From the NCBI RefSeq assembly GCF_009914755.1, contig NC_060927.1: a stretch of 64,000 bases of DNA. The stretch is one strand, 5' to 3'. The notes beneath the pieces were generated by a model that saw only the letters and a program-made list of their open reading frames with translations, was not told the origin of the DNA and did not search any database. Position 1 is the stretch's first letter, and the number at the start of each line of letters is the position of its first letter. The position numbers and the translations under genes are program-made. The stretch is from the human T2T-CHM13v2.0 reference genome, Homo sapiens. Positions 1-17,050 of the stretch are shown here, one piece after another.

Positions 1-198
1 TAACCGTAACATAGTCTCAGATAGGTTCTTCAGGAGGTATTCTAGAAGAAGGCGTTGTTATCATAGGAGATGACAGCTCCACGTGTGTTACTGCCCCTGA
101 AGACCTTCCAGTGGGACAAGATGTGGAGGTAGAAGACAGTGATATTGATGATCCTGACCCTGTACAGGCCTAGGCTAGTATGTGTGTGTGCCTCTTTT
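1..198 (+). mobile_element. Tigger3/MER7 (Golem)-like DNA transposon fragment
   Basis: gacagctcc..gcccctgaagaccttccagtgggacaagatgtggagg..gatattgatgatcctgaccctg resembles the remembered Tigger3 consensus. Confidence 0.6.
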
Positions 199-297
199 CT
201 AAACTCAAATACACTGAGTCATACTCCATTTATGACGGCATCATTTCCTTTTCATATGGTCACATCACCTTAACTAAACCCATGTTTCTAGTTTTAC

Positions 298-501
298 CTT
301 TCGGACGTTTGCCAACCGATTCATCATCAAGGACTCCTCACGATCATCATCGTCGTCCAAGTCGAGCATCGGCATGCCAAAGGGGTCAATGATGCTGCAA
401 CACCTGGAGCCTTCATCTCTTGGATCAAAGGGATCCACGATTATGGGCTCAGTTCCTTTTATTTCACAACGACAGAAAGGGCAGCCCTGACCATCCGACT
501 C
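298..501 (-). CDS. CBLB: CBLB exon 10 (204 nt, phase 0-0): [68 protein letters not shown]; end of the RING (CPFC) and RING tail
   Basis: Translated by hand from the minus strand. Acceptor tttgtttag|GAG, donor AAG|gtaaaa. The peptide is Cbl-b-type after the RING. Not in the ORF track. Confidence 0.97.
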
Positions 502-2244
502 CTAAACAAATAGAAAATGCATGGATTGGTTTTGTTCAAAATAAACAGTACCGAGAAATGCTAATAATGTTCTACAACTATAAAAGTCACACCCCCAAAA
601 AGACTTTTTGGGGTAGGAGGTGGGGGAAGATTTCTCTTGAAGTGGTAGTGGGTATAGAACAGGGAGCCAACAAAATGTATAATAAATGGTCAGTATCTTC
701 AGTTTCCGAAGGAAAAAAAAAGTTTTAAGAAAGTTTGATTTTCCCAAGAAAAGAAACCTCTTTATTTTCCTGACTGTTCACTTATTATTCTAATGTATCA
801 AGGCATTAGAGTCCTGAAGAAAACTGGAAATTGAATCGTATCTCTCCTTATGAAAAGAGTGCAGTACTAACCAAACATTCCATAAAAAAGTATATTTTGG
901 TAAAAATTCATAATAAAGCAGTAGTATCGGTGAGAAAAATACAATACTTGTGCATCTAACTGTGGCTAAATATTTGTTTTAACTGCCTGTGTATTTTAAA
1001 AACTTTATACACAATTAGGAAAAATTAAAATGTGTACATTTATATTCAAAAGCCATCATCTGTCCTGAAAGCCTGTCATCCTGACACACAGCTCAAATAT
1101 AAAGTTCTCTGTGAGATACTAAGTTTTGCCCTTATCTTGCTTTTAAACAATATGATACAAAAAGATTTGTGCAAATACTTTTGGGCTGGAAATGTATTTA
1201 CTGGTCATTATTGGATGTTTTGCTCAAAGTTTCCTACATTCATTTCTCAAAACTAACTACATTAAAAATTCACAATTTGCAGGGAAATAAAGACTGTTTT
1301 CTTGCCCTACAGACAACATTGCTTTCTAGAGATAAGATGGTATATGATATTCTCCACCCGATTTTTGGTTTTGCATTATACCCTGACTTTAGCAATGTGT
1401 TATTTAAAAGTGGCAAAAATCACAAAATTACTTTAAGGGAGAAATGGGATGAAATAGCACCATTTCAGTGGCAAGACAAGGGATGCAGAGAGCTGACGTC
1501 TTTAAAGAAACTGTTCCATAATTAATTCAGGACTGTCCTGTCCACTTGGTTTAATAGGAAATTAGTGATCTACCTGCCCAACAGTGATGTTTGGATCAAG
1601 GATGGAATAACTCTCTCACTCTCTTCTCACTGAACAACTACCTCACATCTACTTTGTGGCAGATCCTGTGATAGTTTATTCTTTCTAAGTCTCAGTCAGC
1701 TCAACAAATTGAACACCTCCTTTGCCAAACAAAGTGTCAAAAAACAAAAAACACTGAGCTTGCTTAAGAAAAATCAATTGCAACATATTCTTATTCATCT
1801 GCTTGTACATAATTTGGAAAAGAAACTTGGAATGGTAAAACAGTTGAACTAAGGTGGTATAAAGAAATACAGACATATAAATATAGAATCCTTCAAGGTT
1901 TACCACCATACATGTTCATGTCCAGGGGGCTTCAAAACACATTAAATATTATTTGCTCCATCATTTTACAGATAACAAAACCAAGATTTAATTCTTCTAT
2001 TTTTGATAACCTCCTTGCAATGATATTTTCTAACACAGGAGTAAATATTTAAGAAAAGCAAAATCTTTCTCCTATAAAAAGAGTATTAAATTTAAAGTCA
2101 TATTCAATATATATTATCATTTAGGCAAAACTCCCCTTGTTATAAAAGTCAAAAGAGATCCATATTAGGTGCCTATAGTGGAATACTTTTACAGATTTAC
2201 ATAAGACAATTTCAAAAAGATAGTTTTATTTAACAGCAAGCTGT

Positions 2245-2453
2245 GCCAGCCTGGGCAACATAGCAAGACCTTGTCTCTATAAAAAATAAATGTTTAAAAA
2301 ATTAGCCAGGTGTTGTGATACACACCTGAAGTCCCAGCTGGTCGTGAGGCTGAGCTGGGGGCTTCGCTTGAGACCAGGAGTTTGAGGCTGCAGTGAGCTA
2401 CGACAGCATGACTGCCCTCAGCCTAGGTGTAAGGGTAAGACCCCGTGCCAAAA

Positions 2454-2485
<32 letters not shown>

Positions 2486-2490
2486 AAAGA
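2245..2490 (+). mobile_element. 5'-truncated AluJ with A-rich tail
   Basis: End of left arm, linker, right arm with gaggctgcagtgagcta (J-type), poly-A/(AAAAG) tail. Confidence 0.85.
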
Positions 2491-4649
2491 AAGCAAGATC
2501 TGAAGATCTGATGGTCCCTCTGTCTTTAACACATGAAGAATGGAAAGCAGTACTTTGAGACGTACATAGTCTCATACATTTAAAAAAATTATTATAGAAA
2601 ATCTCAGATACACATAAAATTTGAGGGAAAACTATAAATTTCTATGTACCTATCACCCGACTTCAACAATTATCAATTCATCCCCAGTCCAGTTTCATCT
2701 ATATGTTCTCTTGTTCCTTTCACTCTTAGATCGTTTTGAAGTACCTCCTACACATCATATAAATTCACTGGTAAATATTTTAGTATCATAACTAAAAACC
2801 AAGAACCTTTTAAAGACCTAATTTCAGTGCAATTATCGTAACTAAAAATTATTCCACCCAATCGAAATCATGAAAGTTACATTATTTTTTAGTACAGTGC
2901 ATAGAATGTGCAAGCCACACTATTAGGCTACGTAAGTTTCTCTTTGAACCTCCAGGGTCAACTCACATATTGCTCTGGTTAAGGATGACTTCCAGTTTAT
3001 GTGATATATTTCCTCACAAGAGATAACTGAAAATATTGAGTTTTGAAGGGGGAGGAGGTGAAAGGCAATAACTGTGTCTTTATAGCACAAGAAAAAACAA
3101 AGAACTGTTCATCTAAAACTGAATTTAGGTTTTTCTCTATGCTACTTGAACATTTAATGTTATACAAATTACTGATGTTGTTAAGAGTGCCTGTTATAAG
3201 AGTAGATATCACAAAATACATCTTCTCTTCAGCTTTGTTGTTGAGAGTTTACATTACTCAACAGATCAACAAACAGCTGCAATGACCATTAATTTTGATT
3301 TGCAAAAACACAGATCACAATGAATGTGTCTCTAATGGTACTTACTCTAATATGACTTCATCCATCACACTTTATAAATGGACTACTGTCACATGCAAAT
3401 TAGACGTCTAACCATAAAGTCTCAAATGTTACTTTGGTTACTCTGCCCTAGTTTCTGTCAGGTGGTTGATTAAATACACATGAAGAATGTCTTCAATACA
3501 ATAATTAAAATAATGTTTCTGTCAATGTATACTTAATGCAAGATCAAATAATATGCATTAATGGAGAATAAAGACCAATAAATAACTCATTTTCTAGTTT
3601 CCACCATTCTGTGAATGTTAAGAGGAAGTACTGAGGACTCCGTCTATTCTAAATGACTCAGTAGGTTTCACTTCCTCGAATAAGAAATACTTCTAAACCA
3701 AAGGATACAGAAGTTATCAGTGAATACTATACACAGCTGAAACTAAATTCTGTCATTTCTCATAATACAGTAAAATAATTCAGACTCACATTTCAACCAT
3801 TAATACTGTAAGTCAGTGACATTACTTAAAATATAACTTTAGGTAAACTCAGATAATTAACATTGACAAACAAATAGAAAAAAATTTTAAACCTTCATAA
3901 TACTACATTCTCCACAAATACTCTATGTAAAAACCCAAATGAATATTGTTAGTACCATCTCATCATCATCATGTATCAATCACCTTCCATACTTGGTTTA
4001 AATATTGCTAAGACAGACATACTATATCTTAAATACCTTCTTTTAAATGTTTTTCAAGATAGCATTATATATAGTATAAATTATTTGCTCTCAGCATGAT
4101 TATTAGAGGCATACTTTGACTTAAGGTCAATCACTTTATGCCTTCCCACATATGTAATATACATCAAGGGCTGTAGGGTATATACATAGGGCCTCCTAAG
4201 TCTCATTTTGGAGTGCATTTTATATTTTTACTGTATGTGTATGCATATGTATGTATTTTTTCCTTTATCAATAACTTCTAATTTATATTACCTTGCTATA
4301 TTTCATGTAGCTATGAGGTTGCCACAAATCTTTTTTTAAACATAGCAATTATAACTGGAAAAATTATATGTATACAAATGCACTGAGAATAGGTTGGATC
4401 CATACCAAGAATTTTCAAAGCACAGTATCTCCCACAGAAACTCAATAACTTCTGGCTGAAAGAACGAATGAAAGAATAAGGAAGGATAGTTAATAGTAAT
4501 CTTAGACAAAATGCCCCAGAGCAGGAGAGATCTTTGGTTCTGGTTTATTATGATGGACAAGGAAAAAAGACATTGGTGAATCTAGACTCTTTTAGTTTTG
4601 ATTTGGGATGCCCATAAAAGCCTGCATAGTAAATCAGAAAAGGAGCACA

Positions 4650-5250
4650 GACATTCTGAATTAGGATACTTGGACTGGACTTCTACCTTCCCCAATTACA
4701 GCTGTGTGACACTGGGCAATTCATTGCATCTTATTTACAGGGCATAATGAGATAATGCACATTTAGAGACACCATAAAGATAAAATGAGATAAATTAGTT
4801 TAAAGCTTTATAAAGTGCTATAAAAATTCCAGTTGGCATAATTAGTATAAAAATAGTCTCAAGAATAAATATAATAAGAAAACTAAGGAAACATATCTTA
4901 ACATTTGAAAAAACTCGTATCTCTATACGAATTCCATTTTGTAATGTAATGAATACAATTTTAAACCTGCAGAATTATCAATGTGCATAGATTAATCATA
5001 ACTGGAAATATGAGATATCTCCTAAGCACTTTATTAGAAACAATAATAACTAAAATTCCAGGCACTGTTGTAAGCACTCTCTAAATATTAATTCATTTAA
5101 TCCTATAAGGTAGGTACAATTATTGTTCCCCAACAAGAAAAAGGGGTTTACTAGTTTGATGAAGGTCACATAGCAAAAAATACTAAGTAGGAAATCACAA
5201 CAAGGGGATCTATTTCAAGAGTCTAATCATTTCAACACTACACTATAGGA
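4650..5250. mobile_element. Two degraded MIR fragments (about 4650-4830 on +, about 5050-5250 on -)
   Basis: MIR core-like agctgtgtgacactgggcaa and ccaggcactgttgtaagcact..attcatttaatcct..aaggtcacatagc. Confidence 0.55.
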
Positions 5251-6100
5251 TCAGCATGTAGTGGTTTTTCAATCTCAGATTCATAGTCAAGGTTAAAATA
5301 AAGGTGAAAAATAGCCGGTTGCTACTACTGATCATTCATAAATGTAAAAAATTTAAAACTATTTTGTTCAAATTGCAAATATCAAAATTAAAAAAACTAC
5401 TACAATCAATGAATATTCTGTTCGCTCTAATTGAAAAGTTTCAGCTCTTTAACAGGAAGACATAAAATGTATCTGAATAATTATACCATTTCTGAGGATA
5501 CGTTTTTACATAGTAAAAGCTTTTTGTTTTAAACATTTGTTGCTTGAATCCAATTTAAAATTTTAATGCATGAAGTTGGTCTAGAATGAGCTGGTCATTT
5601 AGAATGAGTCTACATTCTAAACACTTTTTAAAAATGGTGTCAACTTTAAAAACACCTATAAAAGATCCATGTTGGAGTCAACTGAAAATGTTTCCAAAGT
5701 GCCAGTATCTGTTACGGTCCACACACTCTACAATATAGTGGGCATCCATCTAATTTAGTCATTAGACTTAAGAATCAAGCACTTATTCTACCAGATTTTA
5801 TTTTCTCATATCCATCAGTTCCTTTCCTTTTCTAGTGCATCGCTCTAGTTCATAATGTTACTATAACGTGTTTGGACAACTCTCGCAGCTTCTTTATTAC
5901 TCCCAACGTGAAAGGGAAGCTCCAACATTTAATCACTCATTTACACAAAAGACACAACGGGTGGTTAAAGACAAAAGTGCCAATTTAAAACGTTCGTAAA
6001 GGCAAGTATTATTTTCTATTTGTAGTACCTAAGTTATAAAATTTCACTGAGGCTAGAAATGTGAAGACTGGTCGCCTTTGAAGGAAGATAGAGTAAAACA

Positions 6101-6414
6101 TTTATTTTATTTTATCTTTTTTTTTTACTCTTTGAGACAGAATCTCACTCTGTTACCTAGGCTGGGGTGCAGTGCCGTGATCTCAGCTCACTGAAACCTC
6201 TGCCTCTAGGGTTCAGGCCATTCACCTGTGCCTCAGCCTCCCAAGCTGCTGGGATTACAGGCTCCCGCCACCACGCCCAGTTATTTGGTATTTTTAGTAG
6301 AAACAGGGTTCGCCATGTTGGCTAGGCTGGTCTTGAACTGCTGACCTCATGTGATCCACCCACCTCGGCTTCTCAAAGTGCTGGGATTACAGGTGTGAGC
6401 AACCGCGCCTGGCC
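6101..6414 (-). mobile_element. AluS
   Basis: Full dimeric Alu in reverse with poly-T lead. Confidence 0.92.
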
Positions 6415-6810
6415 AAAGATTATTTCTTATTGCCTTAAAAGTGATCATTTGAACTTGTTTCTCACCTCTCTCAGACAACTATATACATTTTCCCAACAAC
6501 ACTCTCTACATATGGAACATCTATAAATCTCCTTAATCATATTCCACATTAAAATCAGAGTTTATTGATTTTTTTGTAAATTACTATTTTGAATACGCTG
6601 ATATCTTTCTTTTAAATTATATCAAACAATATACAGGAAGAATAACCACAGGAAAATTAATTTTACATTTAATTGAATTAAAGTCCTTGGCAGTAATTCA
6701 AAACATAGCTGCATATCCAACTGACAAAGATATCCATTTTTATTTTGGAAGGAAGATATGAAGAACACAGTTTGGGGTTTGTTCCATTCAGGAGCTCAAA
6801 AGCCATTTTC

Positions 6811-8706
<1,896 letters not shown>

Positions 8707-11545
8707 TCAAAAGCCATTTTCTAGATTCCTGAAATAAGCACAGAATGAAAACAATTCCTTAACTTTTAACCTTACATGGTAATGCTGCAGAATCACTGCT
8801 GCATAATATACTACCTCACAAAGGAAGATGTGCAGAAGTTCAGGGTTGAGAAGATAAACGTTTTGTTAATGTCCCATTAACACGTGGATGTGAAAGACAA
8901 CTCTCCAAGTTTTATTACTAAGGGTAGCACAAAAATGTTGCACACAGAGTAGTATTACTTCAAAGAATGTCTCTAGAAAGGTGATTATTCAACTTACTTA
9001 GTATTCTGTGCAAACTCTGCTTGCTTATTCAATTTATTAAATAACACAGATGTTTCAGAAAGAGAAAAAAGCATCTGACACCTCTTCAGAGGCATGACTA
9101 ATGGGCCATTATGACAGCAATTAAAGAGTAACCACTTGCAGCCTATAACTACTGACACAGCTACTGCACATTTCTTAAGTTTTCTGTTAATTACATAAAA
9201 TTTAAGTCTCTAATGAATTTCAATTAAACCAAAGTAGGGCATCAGATGGAAGGAAAAGTTGGTGAAGAATGACTTGCTAAAAATGCACACTGCTGAGCAG
9301 AGTATGATTTATGGTCAGGGTTTAATATTTCCTATTGGATTCTAACTGATTTATCATAGCTTCTTGGCAGACACGCAGCCTTTAAAATCATGTTCATATC
9401 AGCATGCCCAACCAACGTAGTAGAAAGTAAGAAAAAATGTCTAGCAGCCATAATTAAATTTGAAGGATAACAGGATACTCATTTTAAGTAATTATTAACA
9501 CCATGCCCCTTAATAGAAATTTCAGGTTTAATTTTAACTTTAACTTCTTGGGGCTAAGGATTGTGTCTCAGAGTTCTTTTCAGTTCAGAGCATACTACAG
9601 AACATGGGATATTGCAGCTGCTCAAAGAATGTTTCCTAAATAAATAAATAAATGGAAAATGATAGTTGAAACCATCTTGGTTTGCTTCTACCAAACCAGT
9701 AAGAGGAAGAAGCAAAATAACAAATTCTTCCTGTGCACAGTTAAGCTTGCAAATTTAATCATATAAAACAAAAACAATGTCTTTAAGGTACCATTTTTGA
9801 ATGAGGAAAAAATTGAACAAGAGAGACGTAAGTTATTTTAATCTAAGTCCAGACACCTAATACCTTGAGAACATTTCTCTATATATGTACAAGCTTAGAT
9901 ACCACTTTTGGCAATATTTTGTGGAACTATGAAGTGTGCTATAATTTTGTTCTTCTTACTGACATATTTATCATCAATTAGGTTAAGTCAAGTGAGCACA
10001 GCTAGGTGAGATTACAGATACGAGACCTTCAGCATATCTAATGTTTTACAACTGTGCTTTAACTAGATTAACTTTATAGGACTTTTATTTTTATTAAATA
10101 CCAGAGGCATTTTGCAATAACATATTTTAATGATCAACAAACATTCCTGTTCATGCAATAATACAAAAGCTGCCAAAACAGATACGCTAGTTGGCAGGAA
10201 GCACTACGTGAAGACTGTATCTAAATGTAAAAATATTTAGATTATCCAAAAGTAGAAATGTTCAAAAGTTGAAACTTCCTTTGACCAGTAAGATCCCACT
10301 GAGATACAGAGACTGTGAAATATCAATTTAGAATTATTGACCTAAGAATAATTTTCTTTAGGGGGAGAGAAAACATGAACCGGGGATTACTGTGCATATT
10401 TTTTTTTTGGTGTAAAACAGCGATAAAAATGCAGTCTTACTGCTTCTGTGTTAGTGCTGGTAGTACTGCATACAATAAACGTAAAATAACAAGGTTCAAG
10501 AATGGGTGGAAAAAAATCACAATGTAAAATGTTAAGGAAATCACACAATAGCTAGTGAATGGAACAAAGGGAACTAAGCCTTAGATATTCTAGGATTCGT
10601 TCTCAGATACTAAGTATGATAAAAGGTCTTTGAAAAGATCATAAATAATTCTCAGAAAAGTATTGTAAGAGCTTTTCACAACCTACAATACTGTCTTTTT
10701 ATTTAATGTACTTTTAGACTTCCTTTTCTTTTACATTACCTAGCATGCAATCTATAAGTATTTACTGAGTAATGACCAATGTGCAGATAACATGCTAGCA
10801 GAGAGATTCTAAAATAGGTAAAGTAATCCACATTCTAGAAAGAAAATACATAAATATGGAAATATTTACAATATGAACATAATGAGGTAAGAGCTTACAG
10901 AAACATATACAAAATGTATCAGGAGGATGCTTATTAATGATGAGCTGCTTTGTGTGAGGAGAATTCAAAAACAATACTGAAAATAAAGGTTTGCATATTT
11001 TTCATTAATTTAGGTGCAAAATTCAATGATCAGATTAAGACAATAACATTACTGTCTAGTAACATAAATGTAATTTATTATTTCAACCTTCTGAATAGTT
11101 TTGAATTTGTCATTTTTGTTTCTACTTTACTTAGTAAACTATTACTCTCACATAACTTTTAAAATTTTAGCTAAACACAATTTTCAGAGCTTGACAATTA
11201 TGTACTTCCTCAATGTATAAAAGTAAAACTGAGAAGTAGCTGAGAATGAAAAAGAGAAATAGTAAATGTTAACAACTTACTAACATTACTGAACATATCT
11301 TCATATAAGGTCATTAGGCCAATATAAAAAATCATGAAATAATTCAAGGAATTGATAAGCAACAAGCAAGAGGAACTACACCAATTTGGAGAATGCACAG
11401 TAACACACAGACATGTTGTGGTGATGTAAAATGTTGTGGTGATTACACAGCATTAGTAATACAGAAAGACAACTGGGAAATGTTCCTATGCCTTTTGCAC
11501 ATAATGAACCTACTGCAAATAGTTCACAAACCTAACAAATAAATA

Positions 11546-11747
11546 CAGTAAGTCCTCAATTAATATTGTTAATTAGTTCTTGGAAATTGAGACTTTAAGT
11601 GAAACAACTTACTGTATAATGAAATCCATTTTACCCTAGGCTAATTGATAGAAACAAGAGTTAAGGTTCCTACAGCATACAGTATGTCACTTTGCTCAAA
11701 GTTGCAGTTTCCAAGAATGTACAGACAATGTGAAGTTAGGACTTAAG
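11546..11747. mobile_element. MER82-like Tigger-family non-autonomous element, internally deleted
   Basis: Imperfect ~50-bp terminal inverted repeats (cagtaagtcctc..ttcttggaaa / tttccaagaa..ggacttaag) with TA on both flanks. Confidence 0.65.
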
Positions 11748-11879
11748 TAAAGGTAGTATTTATTTACTAAGAATAAACTTTCTTTTAAGAAGTATATAGA
11801 AAGTAAAATAAATATTTGTTGCTTTATATTCAGCCATACTTTTCTACTCACCCTGGGCTGCAAGGCAAACAACTATTTT

Positions 11880-12020
11880 ATTATTATTATTATTACTTTA
11901 TAGAGACGGGGTCTCCTTATGTTGTCCAGGCTGTTCTCGAACTCCTGGGCTCAGGGGATCTTCCTGTCTCAGCCTCCCAAAGTACTGGGATTTAAGAGGT
12001 GTGAGCCGCCATGCCTGGCC
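11880..12020 (-). mobile_element. FLAM (free left Alu monomer)
   Basis: Single monomer with (TTA)n tail; aactatttt on both flanks. Confidence 0.85.
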
Positions 12021-13354
12021 AGTAAACTATTTTGTATGATGCTTTAAACAAAACATTTTACTAAACAAATGTTTCTGTCAAACTCATAGCAGCTTCTGAC
12101 TTTTAACCAACTTAACCTCCAAATACTAAGCACAGTATTGAGTTACAGATGTGAAGTCTTGCAACATGTATGCATGTGTATGCTCTAAGACTGGAGCCCC
12201 AAGAAAAATGGCTGAAATACACAAGCCCTGCATGGAGGCAGAGTGTTAGGAATTTGTATCAGCCTATTATTCTGATTTTCTTCAGGGAGAAATGCAAGGC
12301 TTTTAGTTTCTTTGTACTTGTAAAAACCACACTACCACCCTGAAGGCAAAGAAGGGTGACAAATACAATTTGTTTTCTTTGTTAGTTTAACACGTATCCT
12401 GAAACACTGAATGATTATCAGGTACACCAATCCTAAGTAGTCCAATTACAGACAATCTATCACTGAGTCAATATCTCTATAATACCTCCTACTGACACAT
12501 TTGAAATAAACTTGCAAACAATTCTGTCTTCTACCAACATATCTACATTTATTGAATGTAGTTTAAAAGGCACTGCTAAGTTTGCAGAACTATTACTGTT
12601 AATGTAATTTAAATAGGAATCAAGTATCTATGTTGAGAATGATCTCCTTCAACATCTCCCTGTAATATGCAAATTTCGCCAACATCATGAAGGGATAAAA
12701 GGAAATAAGGGAGAGGATATAAAGAAAAACGTAAAACAAAATATAAGCCAAATGCATATGAAGAAGAGAAGTATAGGGATTTTGAACAACGTTACTGAGG
12801 TAGCAAAGATCTCTGGGCATTCAGAAAGGACTTTGAAAATATAAATCAACTGTAATTCATTTCCTAATTCTTCCTCTTTTCCTCATCCATTAAAAAAATA
12901 TTCACAAAAGAAGAAGCAGGCCCTTTTATGACTATGAAAATGGGAAAATCATTATATTTTATTACTAAGTAAGGAGCTCGGCAGGCATCAATGCCCCTCT
13001 GAGTCTGTCAGCCCCCTTCCATGAGCCTCAATGTCCATCCTTCCTCAACTCATGCAGAGATGCAGGGTTGGACAAAGAAAATCAAGGACTGAGAGGGCTT
13101 AGAAATAGGGTAGGAATGTCAACTTTATGCTTCACCGAAAATCTTTTTTAAAGACTAGAAAATTTAATTATTTGCTTTCTAAACCCTATCAATATACTTC
13201 TAACTTCAATATAACTATGTCAAACAGTTTCAAAATGGCTTGATCAAAATATTCCATGACTCCTCCAAATACTCAAAACTGGAAATCTGTCCAAAGATCC
13301 ATTTTAAAAATCCCCAATCTTTGTTACAGATGAAGAAATATAAGAAAGCCCTTG

Positions 13355-13697
<343 letters not shown>

Positions 13698-14271
13698 TTA
13701 TATTTATTGAATGCCTGCGGCAGATGGGAAGGCAATTTGCCTGAGATTATGCTTCAGTAAATAGGGAACTTTAATGCCTGTTTCTGTGGGAACTATAAGT
13801 GTTTGAGAGATACTTCCTGTCTGATTCTCCAATTTCAGCACTACGGAGCATATGTGAGACAGGAACCATGCCTCCTCAGGAGTAAAGAAGTTTGCTTGAA
13901 AATATCAAAATAAGATTTATCTACTATGGTTTACTTGGCTTCAGAAACTGACCTACTACAAACAGATTCTGACCTATCAATAAATGGCATAAAAATGTCT
14001 AGTTGGTAATACCTATAAGTGAACATACTGAAATCCATGGTACTACAGAAGTAGAACTACTGATGACTAATATAATAAAATTTATACATTTAAAGATAAA
14101 ATATAAGATAGTTAAAAATCAAATTATATATAGCAACTCAAACATATAAAATCTTTACACAATCATTTCAAATAAAGCACTTACCAGCATTACTTCCTAA
14201 ACCATTAAGAAAACTGAAAAGAGAAATATTAGTAGGACATATAAGAAAGACATCCATGTTGCTAATGATTA

Positions 14272-14505
<234 letters not shown>

Positions 14506-14879
14506 TCACAATTGACCTTGTCAGAATTTTGTTACCATTTGAGACATGTTTTGAATTGATAATCACAATTTGGTCTACAAAATTCATTTTAAAAAGGTTT
14601 GAACTTTTATCATCTATCTTACATGCTTCTTAATGATTCATATTATTTAAGGTTCCTTTACTGTTCCTTTAGGAAGGGACTTGCTTCAATAGTCATGGTG
14701 ACTCAAAAGACAAAATCTATGGTTTTAAAATAGGAATATAAAATGACTTTATCTTTTTTATAAATGCCACATGCTCATATAATTTAACTGTCAAATTGAA
14801 AAAAAAATGATACTTGGCTAAACATTAAATTTTACTGTTTCAATATCTTTAGAAATCCCTGAATGCAAGAAAAGTGACA

Positions 14880-15070
14880 AACATTTACCAAGCACTTCCC
14901 GCATGCCAGGCACTGTGGTCCACACTTACTATTTCACTTCATCTCCAAAGCACAAGAAGATATATTGAACTTAACAAAAGTTAGGCCTGGGGCTTAATCA
15001 GTTTAACTTGTTTGCTTCAAACTCTAAATTAAGCCTCTGACTAAAAAGTGCATACGCTTTCCCTAACACT
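14880..15070 (-). mobile_element. MIR fragment
   Basis: catttaccaagcact..gccaggcactgtg motif; degraded. Confidence 0.5.
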
Positions 15071-15934
15071 GTCAAGAAAACAAATCACTTCAGTAACCAA
15101 AAACCATTTTATTAAAACTGCAATGTTCTTGATTGATTGGGTTTTTAGCTTAAAACATTTGACACAGTAAAATTTTCAAAATTCAAATACTGAAAAGATC
15201 TTCGTGACAAAAATACAAATAAATTGGTAAATTTGAAAAAATACAAATAAATTGGTAAATAATGAAAAAAGATGTTAGGAATACAAAGAAAAGGAATTAT
15301 GAAACCAATATTTGGGTAAATAAAGCAACTTTTAGTTCAGTAAGTGACTACAATGTGCCTGGCACGGAGTAGGATAAATAAATAATAATATTTAGTCCAC
15401 AGACTACTAAAATATATTATAATCCTGGTGAGAAAAATATACATATACATAAACATACATGGATACATATGCATGTACATGCAGGTACACACATGTACAC
15501 ATAAACTGTGTCTATTATGATGTGTGAATATACAAAAATTTTGTGGGGAACTTAAGGAAAGAGACGAGAGAATGCATAAAAATGGAAAAGAAATAAAACT
15601 AAAGTAATTCAAAGTAAGTTATAAATTGCTGATGTCCCTGAAATAATAGATAAGTATTGATACTGGTTATGACTGTCCAAAGGAAAAATATGCAATTATA
15701 AAAAAAATTACATTAAGCTAAAATCAAAGATGCAGATCTCAATGCAACCTAAACAGTAAGAATATTTATGAGTAATTTAAGGGGATGTTATTACTTCCAA
15801 AGATTTATTTTTTTAATGGCTTTATAAAGAGGAACTGTCTTTCCTAAGTATCCTTTCACACATATTTGAAAATACAGGATCACCACATAACTTTTAAAAT
15901 GGCAGTCATATATTAAATTTAAAATGGCAATCAT

Positions 15935-16273
<339 letters not shown>

Positions 16274-16479
16274 TCAATGTGTATGTCTCACATAATAATG
16301 TAAAGACCATGGGAAAGGAAATCTGGAGAATTATAAGGTAAATTATTATCTACTGTCTTAAAAAAAGCTGTAATTCTTCTCTTGTTTTTTCCCTTAGATT
16401 TTTATTACTTATTACACAAGGCGTGAACATATCTCAAATATAAAATATTTTAAAACTAGACTGAATATAAAATAAAATA

Positions 16480-17050
16480 TTCAAGTTCTCCCTTCATCCC
16501 CTCCCTGACTGCTCAATCCCTTTTCACCTCCTCAGTTAAATCTTCTTACCAGTTTGGTGTTTTTTTGATCTTTTAAAAACTATACTCACATGTTCATATA
16601 CAGCAATTAATTAATTATTTCCTTACAGAAGTTGAACGTACATAATGTAACTTGACCAAATGAAATGTTACCTACATGTACTTTACATAAATGGAATTAT
16701 TTTACAGTACAAGATGCAGAAGTTCCCATGTGAGTATGTAGAGCTACCTCCCTCCTGTTCATGACTTCACACAATACAGTATGAGAATAGTAGTCTATTT
16801 TATTTAATCTATTACTAAAGTTCTTAGTATTTTGTAATTTTTCGCTTTTACAAAAAATATTACAGTAAATACCTGTTGTATAGATTTTTGTGTGCATGTG
16901 TAAGTGATATATATGGGATCTATTACATATATAGAATTTAAAGTGAAAAGATATTTTCACTTAGATTTTTATAATCACTGAATATCACTCTCAAGAAAGG
17001 TTTTACCAACTTACATTCCTATTCATAAGCTATGAGGCTGCCAGCAATGG
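16480..17050 (-). mobile_element. Old L1M 3' fragment
   Basis: Degraded L1M 3'UTR-like text (ttttaccaacttacattcc; aatagtagtctatt). Confidence 0.5.

Noticed and set aside
433-435. Codon D424 reads GAT; I recall a common synonymous variant at this codon
   Set aside because: Cannot be verified without a database, and it is synonymous.
180-747. Plus-strand ORFs of 70 and 102 aa and a minus-strand ORF of 81 aa near exon 10
   Set aside because: Antisense shadows of CBLB exon 10 or chance intronic frames; no independent evidence.
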